Shown: piece after piece, positions 41,500 to 51,423 of the stretch | Layout: each line of letters starts with the position of its first letter | Position numbering within the stretch: the first letter of the stretch is position 1 | Source of the DNA: Dehalococcoidia bacterium | GTDB taxonomy: Bacteria; Chloroflexota; Dehalococcoidia; Lucifugimonadales; UBA3495 | Length of the DNA: 64,000 nt | Assembly (NCBI GenBank): GCA_030740155.1 | Contig: JASLXV010000069.1 | Location: forward strand, 98,643-162,642 | Direction of reading: 5' to 3' | Position numbers and translations under genes: made by a program | The notes under the pieces: model-generated | What the model was told of the DNA's origin: nothing | The model's input: the letters and a program-made list of their open reading frames with translations, nothing else | Databases searched by the model: none

Positions 41500-42837
41500 C
41501 TAGGGCCGGGTTGCCAGCTTGTCCATCAGGGCGCCGATCCGAGGCATCTCCTCCAGGGCCATGAGCATCTCCGCGGTTTCTTTAGCAGCATCCGCTCCCA
41601 GGACCGGCTGGACGTTGGCCAGGTACTTGGCCCGGACCTCTTCCAGGGCCACGGGGCGGCCGGCGTCACCGGTGGCTACTTCGATGGGCTGGACCACCTC
41701 CTGGGCCGGCCAGCGGGCCGTCAAGACCCCGTGGGGCCGGGAATCCGGGTCCTCGGCGACGGCGGATTTCCGGAGCAGGTCTTGGAGTTCTCGGCGCTGA
41801 AAGCTCTCGTCGGAGAAGGACCATTTGGTGACCCGCCCGTCCAGCAGGGCGCAGGCTACGGGGAACTGGTAGCTGAACTTGCCCGACACGTCGCCCGTGG
41901 GCGCCACCTGGAAGTAGGGCTCGAGGTGGGGGACTCGAACTTCCAGGGAAGAAAGTTCTGACATGGGTAGAGGAGCGCGTCCTTGAAGCCTCAACGCGGC
42001 GTCGATGGCTCCCTGGGCAATGGAACCGCAGGGGTACTTCTTTAGGCACCAGGTGCTGACGATGTGTCCCGCGCCCAGTTCCTTCAGGGCGGTCCGGTAA
42101 TCCACCCGGTCCATATCCCCGGCGGCCACCACACTGTAGAAGAAACCCAGGGGAGCATCCAAAGCGTTGGGGTTGGCGGTAAAATCGTCCCTGGCCAGCT
42201 CAGCGGCCAGAACCCCGGCCTGGGAGGCGATGCCGGCGTGCAGGGGTTTGGCGTGGGTGCCGAAGTTGCCGATTATGCCTCCGGCTTGGGAGGCGGCGAT
42301 GCCCCAGGCGTAGCGCATACGGGTGGAGTTCAGGCCCATGATCTTTGCCGACGCCGTGGCCGAGGTGAGGGGGCCGAAGACGCTGGTCATGTGCAGGCCG
42401 TGAAGCTGGTCCGCCTTGCGCGGAACCACTTGGCCCAGGGCCACGCCTACCTCGTAGGCGGCCACGTAGGCCTCCAGGAGCATCCTACCGCTGCAGTCCA
42501 GGTACTCTCCCGTAGCCAGGGCAGCGGGCAGAATCACCACGCTAGGGTGGCCGAAGCCGCCGGTGTCGTCGAAGTCCAGCGAGTGGCCCAGTGTGCCGTT
42601 GACCAAGGCGGCCAGCCAGGTGGTAGTCTTCTGGGGCCGGCCCAGGATGCTCGCCTCGGCGGCAGGGTTGCGGGCCAGGCGGCCACTCAGAATTCGCTCC
42701 GGCGCCTCACCGATGCCGGCAAAGGCCACCCCTACCTGGTCCAGGATAGCCGCCTTGGCAGCCTTCGCCTCCGAGGGAGAGACTGCGCTGAGCTTAACGT
42801 CCGCTACGTATTGGGCCAGGGTTTCGCCGAGTTCCAT
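41500..42837 (-). CDS. MmgE/PrpD family protein
   Basis: NGTLGHSLDFDD, GHP, KPLHAG, KKYPCG, KFS. Confidence 0.92.
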   Translation of the reverse strand: MELGETLAQYVADVKLSAVSPSEAKAAKAAILDQVGVAFAGIGEAPERILSGRLARNPAAEASILGRPQKTTTWLAALVNGTLGHSLDFDDTGGFGHPSVVILPAALATGEYLDCSGRMLLEAYVAAYEVGVALGQVVPRKADQLHGLHMTSVFGPLTSATASAKIMGLNSTRMRYAWGIAASQAGGIIGNFGTHAKPLHAGIASQAGVLAAELARDDFTANPNALDAPLGFFYSVVAAGDMDRVDYRTALKELGAGHIVSTWCLKKYPCGSIAQGAIDAALRLQGRAPLPMSELSSLEVRVPHLEPYFQVAPTGDVSGKFSYQFPVACALLDGRVTKWSFSDESFQRRELQDLLRKSAVAEDPDSRPHGVLTARWPAQEVVQPIEVATGDAGRPVALEEVRAKYLANVQPVLGADAAKETAEMLMALEEMPRIGALMDKLATRP

Positions 42838-42986
42838 TGGTCCGCCTCCTTCCATCAGTCGTGGGGCCGAGACCGGCGCCGCCAGTGCTCATCGGAATAA
42901 GCCGGGGATCTCCCAGATCAGATGGATTCCACCAGCCGGGTGACCCCGTGGAATGCCACAGCCTATATAACTGCATCCCGAGCCCG

Positions 42987-44285
42987 TCAATACTGCACGC
43001 CCGTCAGCTTTCCGAATCCCAGAGGGCTGGTCGACGCGTAGATGTAGCGCAGGGACAGAGGGAGGCTGCCCGCGGCATCTAGCTCTGGAACCGACAGCGT
43101 CGCGCCGCCAAGGACCTCACCGGCCGGGGGCAGGTTTATCTTCATCTCATAGTTCCCGGTGCTGACGATGGCATCGGCCTCGGGGACGAAGTGGACGAAG
43201 CCGGGGTCATCAGGGGTCAGGGCCATCTCGGGGCTAAGCAGGGTAGTCATGATTCCGGCGTTCTCGCACTTCTGGCACAGCATCATAATATCCACGCCGG
43301 AGTGTCCATCGCCGATCCAGGTCATCACGACCCCGTCGGCGCTCAGCATCTTGAGCAGCTTGACCCCGCTGTCCAGAGTGCGCTCCTTTTCCCACACCGC
43401 CGTGCGGCCGTAAAACCACAGCACCAGGCCCAGGAAGTTCAGGTCCACCCCGTGGCGGCGGTACATCTCCCGGACTATCGCGTGGTTCTGGTAGATGTAA
43501 GAGGAGTCCCGGGAGTTGGCAGGTCCCATAAAGCTGCTGTACATCGCGCCATCCATCATCTCGTTGGGGTGGAGGAGGACGGGCTGCCACCCGATCTTCT
43601 CGCCGTATACCCACCGGTTCACGTGTACCTGGCAGGCGTAGGCCACCCTGGGCAAGGAGGGATCTACCTTGGCCAGTTCGAACACCTCCACCTCCTCCGG
43701 CTCCTGCCCCGTGGTCGCCGAAGCCAGGTAATCGGCCACCCTGAACCCCGCGGCCCTAGCCGCGAGGTTGTACTCCTGGGAATACTTGGAACCGCCTATC
43801 AAGTCCACCGTCTCCAGGTCCGCCTGCTCCTCCGGCGAGAAATCCACCCTCCCCTTTAGCTGTAGCACCAGGTTGATGGTGCTTGAAAAGGGAGTGTACC
43901 GGGCACCGGCGCCCCACATATCGATGATGCCGTCACGCCAGTACACGCCCTCGCCGGGGGACGGCACCCCGGTGGTGATCAAGGCCATGCCTTCCAGCCG
44001 GTGGTTCCTCCCCTGGCCCACGGTTACCGTGGGTCCGATAACGGCGGGGAAGACCGTGCCGGGGCCGGAGACCTTGTGCCTGGGCTCCACCGCATCCAGA
44101 ATATTGATGATGCGGGTATTGTCCCCGGGCCGCGCCACGTTCACTTCCACATCGATGAAGTGGCTGTCTTGCAAAACCTTCCCGCGAAGCTCTTCCTTGC
44201 TGACGTATAAGACACCGCCGGAGAAGCGGGTGGTGTTGGAGAAGACAATGTCCTTGACCCGAAAAGTGGCCTGCTCAAGCCTCAC
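42987..44285 (-). CDS. Glycine/sarcosine/betaine reductase component B large (alpha/beta proprotein) subunit homologue
   Basis: LE...F.VKDI.F, ARPGD.TRI...LDAVEPR.K, IIDMWG.GA.YTPFS, LHPNEMMDGA, HGVDLNF.G, EADAIVSTGN; GGAGG SD before GTG 44285. Confidence 0.88.
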   Translation of the reverse strand: MRLEQATFRVKDIVFSNTTRFSGGVLYVSKEELRGKVLQDSHFIDVEVNVARPGDNTRIINILDAVEPRHKVSGPGTVFPAVIGPTVTVGQGRNHRLEGMALITTGVPSPGEGVYWRDGIIDMWGAGARYTPFSSTINLVLQLKGRVDFSPEEQADLETVDLIGGSKYSQEYNLAARAAGFRVADYLASATTGQEPEEVEVFELAKVDPSLPRVAYACQVHVNRWVYGEKIGWQPVLLHPNEMMDGAMYSSFMGPANSRDSSYIYQNHAIVREMYRRHGVDLNFLGLVLWFYGRTAVWEKERTLDSGVKLLKMLSADGVVMTWIGDGHSGVDIMMLCQKCENAGIMTTLLSPEMALTPDDPGFVHFVPEADAIVSTGNYEMKINLPPAGEVLGGATLSVPELDAAGSLPLSLRYIYASTSPLGFGKLTGVQY

Positions 44286-44496
44286 TTCGTTTCCTCCCTT
44301 GCTGGATGATCTTTCCCAGGGGTGCGCCACACGAGCCCACCCGAAGATGAGAATCGCCCCGGCCCATCTTTCGAAAAGGGGGCGAGGGGTATTCTCTCCC
44401 GTTCACGGTCCGTCCTAGTCTGAATGCGGCATCATACACCCGGATAGATTCCGGCCGCCCCTGATTCGGAAGTCTGGCTCTTCGGGACAGGCTGCA

Positions 44497-45825
44497 CTAC
44501 CGCCAGGAAGCCGCCGCTCTCTGGAACACCGTGGGGCCCTCCACCCGGGTTTCCAGGGCTTCCAAGGCCTCCTGAACAACCTGTTTACGGAACTTCTTCT
44601 CCTCGCCAAGGGAGTAGCTGGGGTCGCCGACAGGATAGGGAACCGCCTTCCCCTCCACGATGCGGCTGGCGCCGACTCCCTCCGCCAGGTTGTAGAGGGG
44701 TGTTATGAGGGCGGTGGGAAGACCGGCCCGCTCCAACTCCTTGGCCAGCGTAGCTCCGCTACGCGTCCCCGTCCCTCAAGTGGCGGTGAGGATTATTCCC
44801 TCAACTCCCGCCGCCGTAAGCTCAGTCGCCATCTCCTGCCCGAACTTCCTGAAGCTGACCAGGGGTCCCATGTTGCCGGTGGTGCTGTAGAGGTAATCGT
44901 GCAGTCCACCTATGGCCCCCTCCTTTTCCAGGTCCCGGGCGACATCCAGGGGGACCATGCGATTGGGCTCGGCGCTGGCCGCCGTGGTGTCGTAGCCCCC
45001 ATGGATGCTCTGGTACTTCTCGGAGGACATGGAGGGCTCATTGGCGATGTCAAACTTTAGCCACTTGCTCGCCCAGCTCGACTCCAGCTTATCCGGGTTG
45101 CCTCGTTGGACTATGCCGCCTTCGGTTACCAGCGCTATGGTAGCCTTGGCTGGATTCTCAAGAGGGGGCGCCGGGGCCACATCATCGTACTGAGGCAGGG
45201 GCCATTCCGTATTGGGGGCCTCGCCTCTCAGCTTCCCCAGCAGCATCGCGACGGCCCGTTCGGCCGCGGTCTTCTCGGAGAACTCGTTCTCGCGGCGGCC
45301 CGTGGGCAGATAGCCTTCCTGGTTGGCCGGCCCCAGTTTCTCCTGGCCGGCAAGCTTCACCGCCAGTCTTGCCATCACCGACATGGCATCGCCCATGCCC
45401 GCGGCGGTCTCACTGGTAGAGACCATCAGTGCCTTGCCCCGAAAGACCGCCGCCGCCGGGCTGTCCCGGTGAACCCCGGTCACCGCCGGCACTTTCAGTC
45501 TCTCTCGCACTGCGGCGCAGACTTGACCGCAGGCGAGGCCGTACCGCCCGGCGCCGAAAGCCGGCCCCGCTACCACCACATCCGGGTTGAACTGCTCAAT
45601 GAGTTCCACTACCTTACCGGTGGCTTCCTCGGCATCCTGGGTCATGCGGTTGTCGCCGCAATATACCGTCCCCACCACCTCACCGGCCTCGCCCAGTGCT
45701 ATCTTCAGGGCGGCCCCCGGCCCCACGGGTCCGTCTCTGCCGGCCGGCGTCGCGCTGGCTTGCTCCTCACCGCCCGCACCGGCGAAAAACTGGTTTAGAT
45801 AGTGGACAACCCTCAGTGTGGCCAT
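44497..45825 (-). CDS. Glycine/betaine/sarcosine reductase selenoprotein B homologue (Sec at TGA 44778-44776)
   Basis: VVHYLNQFFAG.GGEE, GPAFGAGRYGLACG, HGGYD, PNRMVPLD, STTGN; in-frame read-through LTAT-U-GTGTRSGATLAKELERAGLP joins the 44497-44736 ORF. Confidence 0.92.
44748..44764 (-). other. Bacterial SECIS-like hairpin
   Basis: GCGTAGC-GGA-GCTACGC perfect 7-bp stem 11 nt 3' of the UGA. Confidence 0.75.
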
Positions 45826-46113
45826 GGCGACCTCCTACTTCCCGTGATTGCCAGCTTAGTATGGCGGCTTTAACAAGTCAATCACGGTTCCCGGCAACCG
45901 GAGATGACGCAACGCTTGGCGGCCGGGGGAGCCGGGTAGCCTATCGCCCTGATAGAATCCATGTGAGCCGGCGCTGGGAGCTTGCTTGGACTCTTAGCAA
46001 CGCCGGCAGGGCAATCGTAATGTAGATACTGTCAAACTTGGCCGGGCGCGCGGTCGAACACCGGGGATTGCGAAGCAAGCTATACTGGTGCCATTACCCA
46101 AAAGGGAAAGCGA

Positions 46114-48465
46114 ATGAAACAGCCTCGGTTCCACGTAGTGGGGAAGGTAACCCCCCGGAAAGACGGCATCGCCATCGTGACGGGGCAGGAACGCTACTCG
46201 GTCGACATCCGCCTGCCGCGAATGCTGCATGGGCGCATTCTCTCCAGCCCCTACGCCCACGCCCGCGTCAAGAGCATCGATGTGAGTGAGGCCGAGGCGA
46301 TGGGCGCGGTCTGCCTGACCTTCGCGGAGATCCCTCAGGTCCGCTACAACGAGCGTATCATCACCGTCCCTGCGGCGCTGCACAAGGACCACTACGTTCT
46401 CGCCGACAAGGTGCGGCGTATGGGAGAGGCGGTCGCCGCCGTGGCCGCGGAAACCGAGGCCCTGGCCGAGAAGGCCGTACGGGCCATCAAGGTTGAGTAC
46501 GAGGTCTTGCCGGTGATCACCGGCCCCGCCGAGGCCATGAAGCCCGGCGCGGAGCCCATCTACGATTCGGTGCTCTGGGGCAGCGAGCTGGTGAAGATCG
46601 AGAGGAACATCGCCTGCACCCGGAACATCGAAGAAGGGAACGTGGACCGGGCCTTTGCCGAAGCGGACCTGGTCGTTCAGGGAACGTTCACAACCCCCAA
46701 GATTTATCACATGCAACTGGAGCCCAAGTCTGCGGTCTGCCGCCCGGAGAGCGACGGCGGCCTCACCGTCTGGGCGGCAACCCAGTCCATCCACAACGTT
46801 CGGATTTTGCTGGGCGAGATATTCGGCATTCCCTTCAGCAAGATCGATGTGAGGCGCGTGCCCGTGGGTGGCACTTTCGGGTCCAGCATCCAGATGAACC
46901 CGCCCATCCCCATCTGCGCCGCCCTGGCGCTGAAAGCCCGCCGTCCGGTGAAGCTGGAACTCACGCGGGAAGAGGATATGCACGATCACTCCAAGTATCC
47001 CACGGAGATTCGGCTCCGGTTGGCGGCCGGGCGGGACGGCACGCTGACCGGCGCGGAAATGGAGCTGACCACCGACATAGGGGCCCACAACATTCAGGCT
47101 TACTCTTTTCTTGGCGTGTGTCCCGGATGGCTGGTCTCCTTGTACAGATTGCCCAACCTGCGCTACCGGGGAACGGCCGTCTACACGAACAAGGCGCCCT
47201 CCTGCGCCATGCGGGGGTTTGGCAACCCTCAGGTCACCTTCGCGGTGGAGTCGCTGGTGGACGAGCTGGCGGAGAGGCTGAGAATGGACCCAATCGAACT
47301 CCGGCTCAAGAACTACATCAGCCTTGGGGATACGTTCTGGGGGCAGGGGCCGCTGGTACGCTCGATCGTGCGGAGCGACGGGGTGCCAGAGCTGCTCCGC
47401 CGCGGCGCCGAGATGATCGGCTGGGACCAACGTCCTGCGCCCGGATCGCAAACGGGACGGTACCGCCGGGGCGTAGGCCTGGCCCGTGGCTTCCACACCT
47501 CCAGCGCCGGCGCGCCGCGGCCGGGGGACGTGATCGACTTCTCCGGAGCAATGGTCAAGGTCAACACCGACGGCTCGGTGGACGTGGTGACGGCGCTGAT
47601 GGACCACGGCGGCGGCACGCTGGATGCAGTGGCCAAGCTGGTGGCCGAGGAGCTGTGCGTGCCGCTGGATAAGGTCAACGTCGCCCCCGCCGGGACCCGG
47701 TCGACGGTCTACGACGTCAACACCCACGCTTCACGGGGGGTCTATGCCGGCGGCGGCGCCGCGTTGGAGGCGGCACGGCTGGTGCGGAAGGAGCTGTTAG
47801 AGGCGGCTGCCGGCTATCTGGACGTGATGCCGGCCGCGCTGGCCCTCGAGCCCGGCGAGGCATCAGGCCAGGGGGTCGCCGCCGCTCCATCGGTTCCAGA
47901 CCGGAGTATGACCATCGGCGAGATCGCCACCCGGTGCTGGGCCGAGAGCCGGAGGACCATCGCCACCGTGACCAGCTACCGGGCGGTCAACTGCCCGCCG
48001 GCCTACGTCGCCGTGTTCGTGGAGGTGGAGGTCGACACCTGGACCGGTGCGGTGCGCACTACGCGTGCCGCGACGGGCTGCGACTGCGGGACGGTGATCA
48101 GCCCCGACCTGGCCGCCGGGCAGCTCGAGGGAGGACTGTTGCAAGGCGCGGGCTTTGCTCTGTACGAGGACAACGAATGGGACTCCAGCGGGCAACTGGC
48201 GTCGGCCGGCTATATGACCGACACCAAGACGCCGGGCTTCAGCGAGAGTGCGTATCCGGATAACCTTGCCGTCTATTTCGCGCCGACCTACGAGCCCAGC
48301 GGCCCCTTTGGCGCCAAAGGCATCGGAGAGGCAGCGACCAACCCGGTGGCGGCGGCCTATGCCAACGCCATCCACAACGCCACCGGCATCCGCTTCTACG
48401 GGCTGCCGGTTACGCCGGAGAAAGTCCTGGCGGCCCTGGCTGGTCAGAAGGAGCGTTCCGCGTGA
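46114..48465 (+). CDS. Xanthine dehydrogenase family molybdopterin-binding subunit (1)
   Basis: HMQLEP, GGTFGSS, AMRGFGNPQ, GQLEGG, GAKGIGE. Confidence 0.93.
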   Translation: MKQPRFHVVGKVTPRKDGIAIVTGQERYSVDIRLPRMLHGRILSSPYAHARVKSIDVSEAEAMGAVCLTFAEIPQVRYNERIITVPAALHKDHYVLADKVRRMGEAVAAVAAETEALAEKAVRAIKVEYEVLPVITGPAEAMKPGAEPIYDSVLWGSELVKIERNIACTRNIEEGNVDRAFAEADLVVQGTFTTPKIYHMQLEPKSAVCRPESDGGLTVWAATQSIHNVRILLGEIFGIPFSKIDVRRVPVGGTFGSSIQMNPPIPICAALALKARRPVKLELTREEDMHDHSKYPTEIRLRLAAGRDGTLTGAEMELTTDIGAHNIQAYSFLGVCPGWLVSLYRLPNLRYRGTAVYTNKAPSCAMRGFGNPQVTFAVESLVDELAERLRMDPIELRLKNYISLGDTFWGQGPLVRSIVRSDGVPELLRRGAEMIGWDQRPAPGSQTGRYRRGVGLARGFHTSSAGAPRPGDVIDFSGAMVKVNTDGSVDVVTALMDHGGGTLDAVAKLVAEELCVPLDKVNVAPAGTRSTVYDVNTHASRGVYAGGGAALEAARLVRKELLEAAAGYLDVMPAALALEPGEASGQGVAAAPSVPDRSMTIGEIATRCWAESRRTIATVTSYRAVNCPPAYVAVFVEVEVDTWTGAVRTTRAATGCDCGTVISPDLAAGQLEGGLLQGAGFALYEDNEWDSSGQLASAGYMTDTKTPGFSESAYPDNLAVYFAPTYEPSGPFGAKGIGEAATNPVAAAYANAIHNATGIRFYGLPVTPEKVLAALAGQKERSA

Positions 48466-49943
48466 ACGAGGATTTCGCTCGAGCGGCCGGCATGACGAAC
48501 TCGCATATCCTGGTGCCCGACTTCGATTACCTGGAACCCGCGTCGTTGGAGGAGGCGGTGGCCCTGCTGACCCGGCACGGGGATGGAGTCCGGGTGCTGG
48601 CCGGCGGCACCGACCTGATCGTCCGGATGAAGCTGGAACGGCTGGCTCCCAGATACTTGCTCAGCATCCAGAAGATTCCCGGTCTTGGTGGAATAGTGTC
48701 GGAGAACGGCGGTGTACGCATCGGCGCGCGCACCCCCATTCGAGAGTTGCGCAACGACCCCCGAGTCCGGGCCTGGTACCCGGCGCTGGCGGAGGCGTGC
48801 GCCGCGTTCAGCTCAACGCCGGTCCAGGTGATGGGCACCATTGGCGGGAACCTGTGCAACGCCTCACCGGCGTCCGATTGCGCTCCGCCGCTGATCGCCT
48901 TCGGCGCGGAGGCGGTTATTTTTGGTCCGGGGGGTGAGCGGTGGCTCCCGCTCGACGAGTTCTTCCTGGGACCCGGCCGGACGGCGCTACGAATGGGCGA
49001 ACTGCTGGTCGCGGTTGCTCTCCGGCAGCCTCGGCAGGGAACCGGAAGTGCGTTCCTGAAGGTCTCCCGGGTGGCCGCCGACATCGCCAAGGTAAACGGG
49101 GCGTTCACAGTCGTGCGGGAGGGGGACCGTGTCGTCGACTGCCGGCTGGCTTTTGGGTCGGTGGCGCCAACACCAGTCCGCGCGCGTGGGGCGGAGGCGT
49201 TTCTCACGGGACGGGCCTTCGGCACGGAACTGGTGGCCGAGATAGCCGGGGCCGCAATGGAAGAGGTCTCGCCCATCGATGACGTGCGCTCGGCCGCGTG
49301 GTACCGCCGGGAAATGGTCCGGGTGCTGACCCACGACGGCCTGCACCGGGCCTGGGAGCAGGCCTCGAAAGAGCCGCCCGACTCGCCTCTTGAACCCAAC
49401 GGGGCGGCCTCAAGTTCACCGGGAGGTATCGAATCGCGGCAGGCGGCCGGTGTCCGGGCGGCGGCTCAACGGCACGGCATCGACCTGACCTTGAACGGCG
49501 AGCGGCGCCGGGCCTGGGTGATGCCGAACGACCTGCTGCTGAACGTGCTTCGGGAAGACCTGGCGTTGACCGGCTGCAAGTACGGGTGCGGCATCGGGGA
49601 GTGCGGCGCCTGCACGGTCCACCTGGACGGGGAGCCGGTGCTTTCGTGCCTGGTGCCGGCCGTGGCGGCCGATGGCGGCGAAATCGTGACCGTGGAGGGG
49701 CTTCAGAAGCCGGACGGCGAGCTGGACCCTCTCCAGCGAGCGTTCATCGAGCACGGGGCCTTCCAATGTGGTTTTTGCACTCCGGGCATGTTGATGACGG
49801 CCAAGAGCCTGCTTGGTGAGAATCCGCATCCAACGGAGGAGCAGGTGCGGGACTACTTGAAGGGTAGCTTCTGCCGCTGCACCGGGTACGCCGGCATCCT
49901 GCGCGCCGTGATGAGCTGCGCGGCCTCGGAGGGCGGCCAGTGA
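48462..49943 (+). CDS. Fused FAD-binding (CoxM-like) and 2[2Fe-2S] (CoxS-like) subunit
   Basis: AGGTDL, TIGGNLCNASPASD, PIDDVR; then GCGIGECGAC, QCGFCTPG, CRCTGY. Confidence 0.93.
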   Translation: MNEDFARAAGMTNSHILVPDFDYLEPASLEEAVALLTRHGDGVRVLAGGTDLIVRMKLERLAPRYLLSIQKIPGLGGIVSENGGVRIGARTPIRELRNDPRVRAWYPALAEACAAFSSTPVQVMGTIGGNLCNASPASDCAPPLIAFGAEAVIFGPGGERWLPLDEFFLGPGRTALRMGELLVAVALRQPRQGTGSAFLKVSRVAADIAKVNGAFTVVREGDRVVDCRLAFGSVAPTPVRARGAEAFLTGRAFGTELVAEIAGAAMEEVSPIDDVRSAAWYRREMVRVLTHDGLHRAWEQASKEPPDSPLEPNGAASSSPGGIESRQAAGVRAAAQRHGIDLTLNGERRRAWVMPNDLLLNVLREDLALTGCKYGCGIGECGACTVHLDGEPVLSCLVPAVAADGGEIVTVEGLQKPDGELDPLQRAFIEHGAFQCGFCTPGMLMTAKSLLGENPHPTEEQVRDYLKGSFCRCTGYAGILRAVMSCAASEGGQ

Positions 49944-50008
49944 TGCCCGCGCTGCGGCCTGAGCCATGAATAGACCGCTAACCCATACGAGGAACAACTT
50001 CCTCTCGC

Positions 50009-50043
50009 TCCCCCTTTGTTAAAGGGGGATAATAGGGGATTTT
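50009..50043. repeat. Palindromic intergenic repeat (CCCCCTTT..AAAGGGGG family)
   Basis: TCCCCCTTTGTTAAAGGGGGA..AGGGGATTT. Confidence 0.55.
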
Positions 50044-50065
50044 GCCCGCTACGACGGAGGCACTA

Positions 50066-50935
50066 ATGCTGCCAGGGTTTGACCTATTGATGCCGGAAAC
50101 GTTGCCTGAAGCGCTCGACTTGCTGGCCGAAAGCGCGCGCGAGGTCACGCCGGTGTCGGGTGGCACGAATCTGATCGTGGATATGCGGAGCGGACGCCGC
50201 CGGCCCGGCACGCTGATGAACATCGCCGGGATAAAAGAGCTGGGCGGCATCCGGCGTGAGGACGGACACCTGGTCATCGGTGGCGGCGTCACCATTGCCG
50301 ATCTGTTGGATGAGCCCCTGGTGGCCCAGCATGCCTCGATTCTGAAAGAAGCCGCCTCGGTTTTCGGAAGCCCCCTGGTGCGGAACCGGGCCACGGTGGG
50401 GGGTAACTTAGCGGACGCCTCACCGGCGGCGGACCTGGCTCCCCCCTTTCTGGCCCTGGACGCAGAGGTCGAGCTGGCCAGCGCGGAAGGACAACGCCGG
50501 GTGCCGCTGGAGGAGTTCATGGTTGGGGTGAGGGAGACACTCCTTCAACCTCAGGAGCTTCTGGTTGCGGTGCGCTGCCCCGTGCCGCCGCCACACAGCG
50601 CGGGGGCTTTCTGCAAACTGGGGCTACGAAAGGCGGATGCCATCTCGGTGGTAAGCGTCGCCGTGATGCTGGAGGGCGATGGCGACGGCCGCTTCCGCCA
50701 GGCGCGCATCGCAATGGGCGCGGTAGCTCCTCGTCCCATTCGAGCCCACGCCGCCGAAGACCTGTTGCGCGGCCGGCCGTTTGATCCCGCAACCATAGCC
50801 GAGGCTGCCCGCCTGGCGTCCGAGCCGGCCAGCCCCATCGACGACATCCGGGGCTCGGCAGCCTATCGACGGCGGATGATAGGCGTGCTGGTGCGGCGTC
50901 TGCTGACCGCGGCCGCCGCCGGTGCGCGCAATTAG
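50066..50935 (+). CDS. Xanthine dehydrogenase family FAD-binding subunit
   Basis: SGGTNL, RNRATVGGNLADASPAAD, PIDDIRGSA.YR; GGAGG SD. Confidence 0.93.
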   Translation: MLPGFDLLMPETLPEALDLLAESAREVTPVSGGTNLIVDMRSGRRRPGTLMNIAGIKELGGIRREDGHLVIGGGVTIADLLDEPLVAQHASILKEAASVFGSPLVRNRATVGGNLADASPAADLAPPFLALDAEVELASAEGQRRVPLEEFMVGVRETLLQPQELLVAVRCPVPPPHSAGAFCKLGLRKADAISVVSVAVMLEGDGDGRFRQARIAMGAVAPRPIRAHAAEDLLRGRPFDPATIAEAARLASEPASPIDDIRGSAAYRRRMIGVLVRRLLTAAAAGARN

Positions 50936-50949
50936 ACTGGGGAGAAGCG

Positions 50950-51423
50950 ATGCAATCAATGGTTGTGACGTTCAACATCAACGGGCGCGAGCACCGGGTG
51001 GCGCTGGCCCCCAACGTGACCCTGCTCCGTGCCCTGCGCGATCTGGGCTACACCGATGTCAAGAACGGCTGCGAGAAAGGGGACTGCGGAGCATGCGCCG
51101 TGCTGTTGGACGGCAGGGCCGTCAATAGCTGCCTGGCGCTGGCCTGGCAGGCTGGCCAGTCGCGGATCGTCACCAACGCCGGCCTGGGGACGCCGGACAA
51201 CCCCCACACCCTCCAAGAGGCTTTCGCCGATGCGGCGGCCGCCCAGTGCGGTTACTGCCCGCCGGGCATGATCATCGCGGCGAAGGCGCTGCTGGACCGG
51301 ACCCCGCACCCTGATGAGGAAGAGGTCCGGGAGGCCCTCTCGGGCAACCTGTGCCGCTGCACCGGATATGGGCCGATCCTCGAGGCGGTGCTGGCCGCCG
51401 CCGCGGAGGGAATCGGCGCATGA
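50950..51423 (+). CDS. Xanthine dehydrogenase family 2[2Fe-2S] subunit
   Basis: GCEKGDCGAC, QCGYCPPG, GNLCRCTGY. Confidence 0.93.
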   Translation: MQSMVVTFNINGREHRVALAPNVTLLRALRDLGYTDVKNGCEKGDCGACAVLLDGRAVNSCLALAWQAGQSRIVTNAGLGTPDNPHTLQEAFADAAAAQCGYCPPGMIIAAKALLDRTPHPDEEEVREALSGNLCRCTGYGPILEAVLAAAAEGIGA

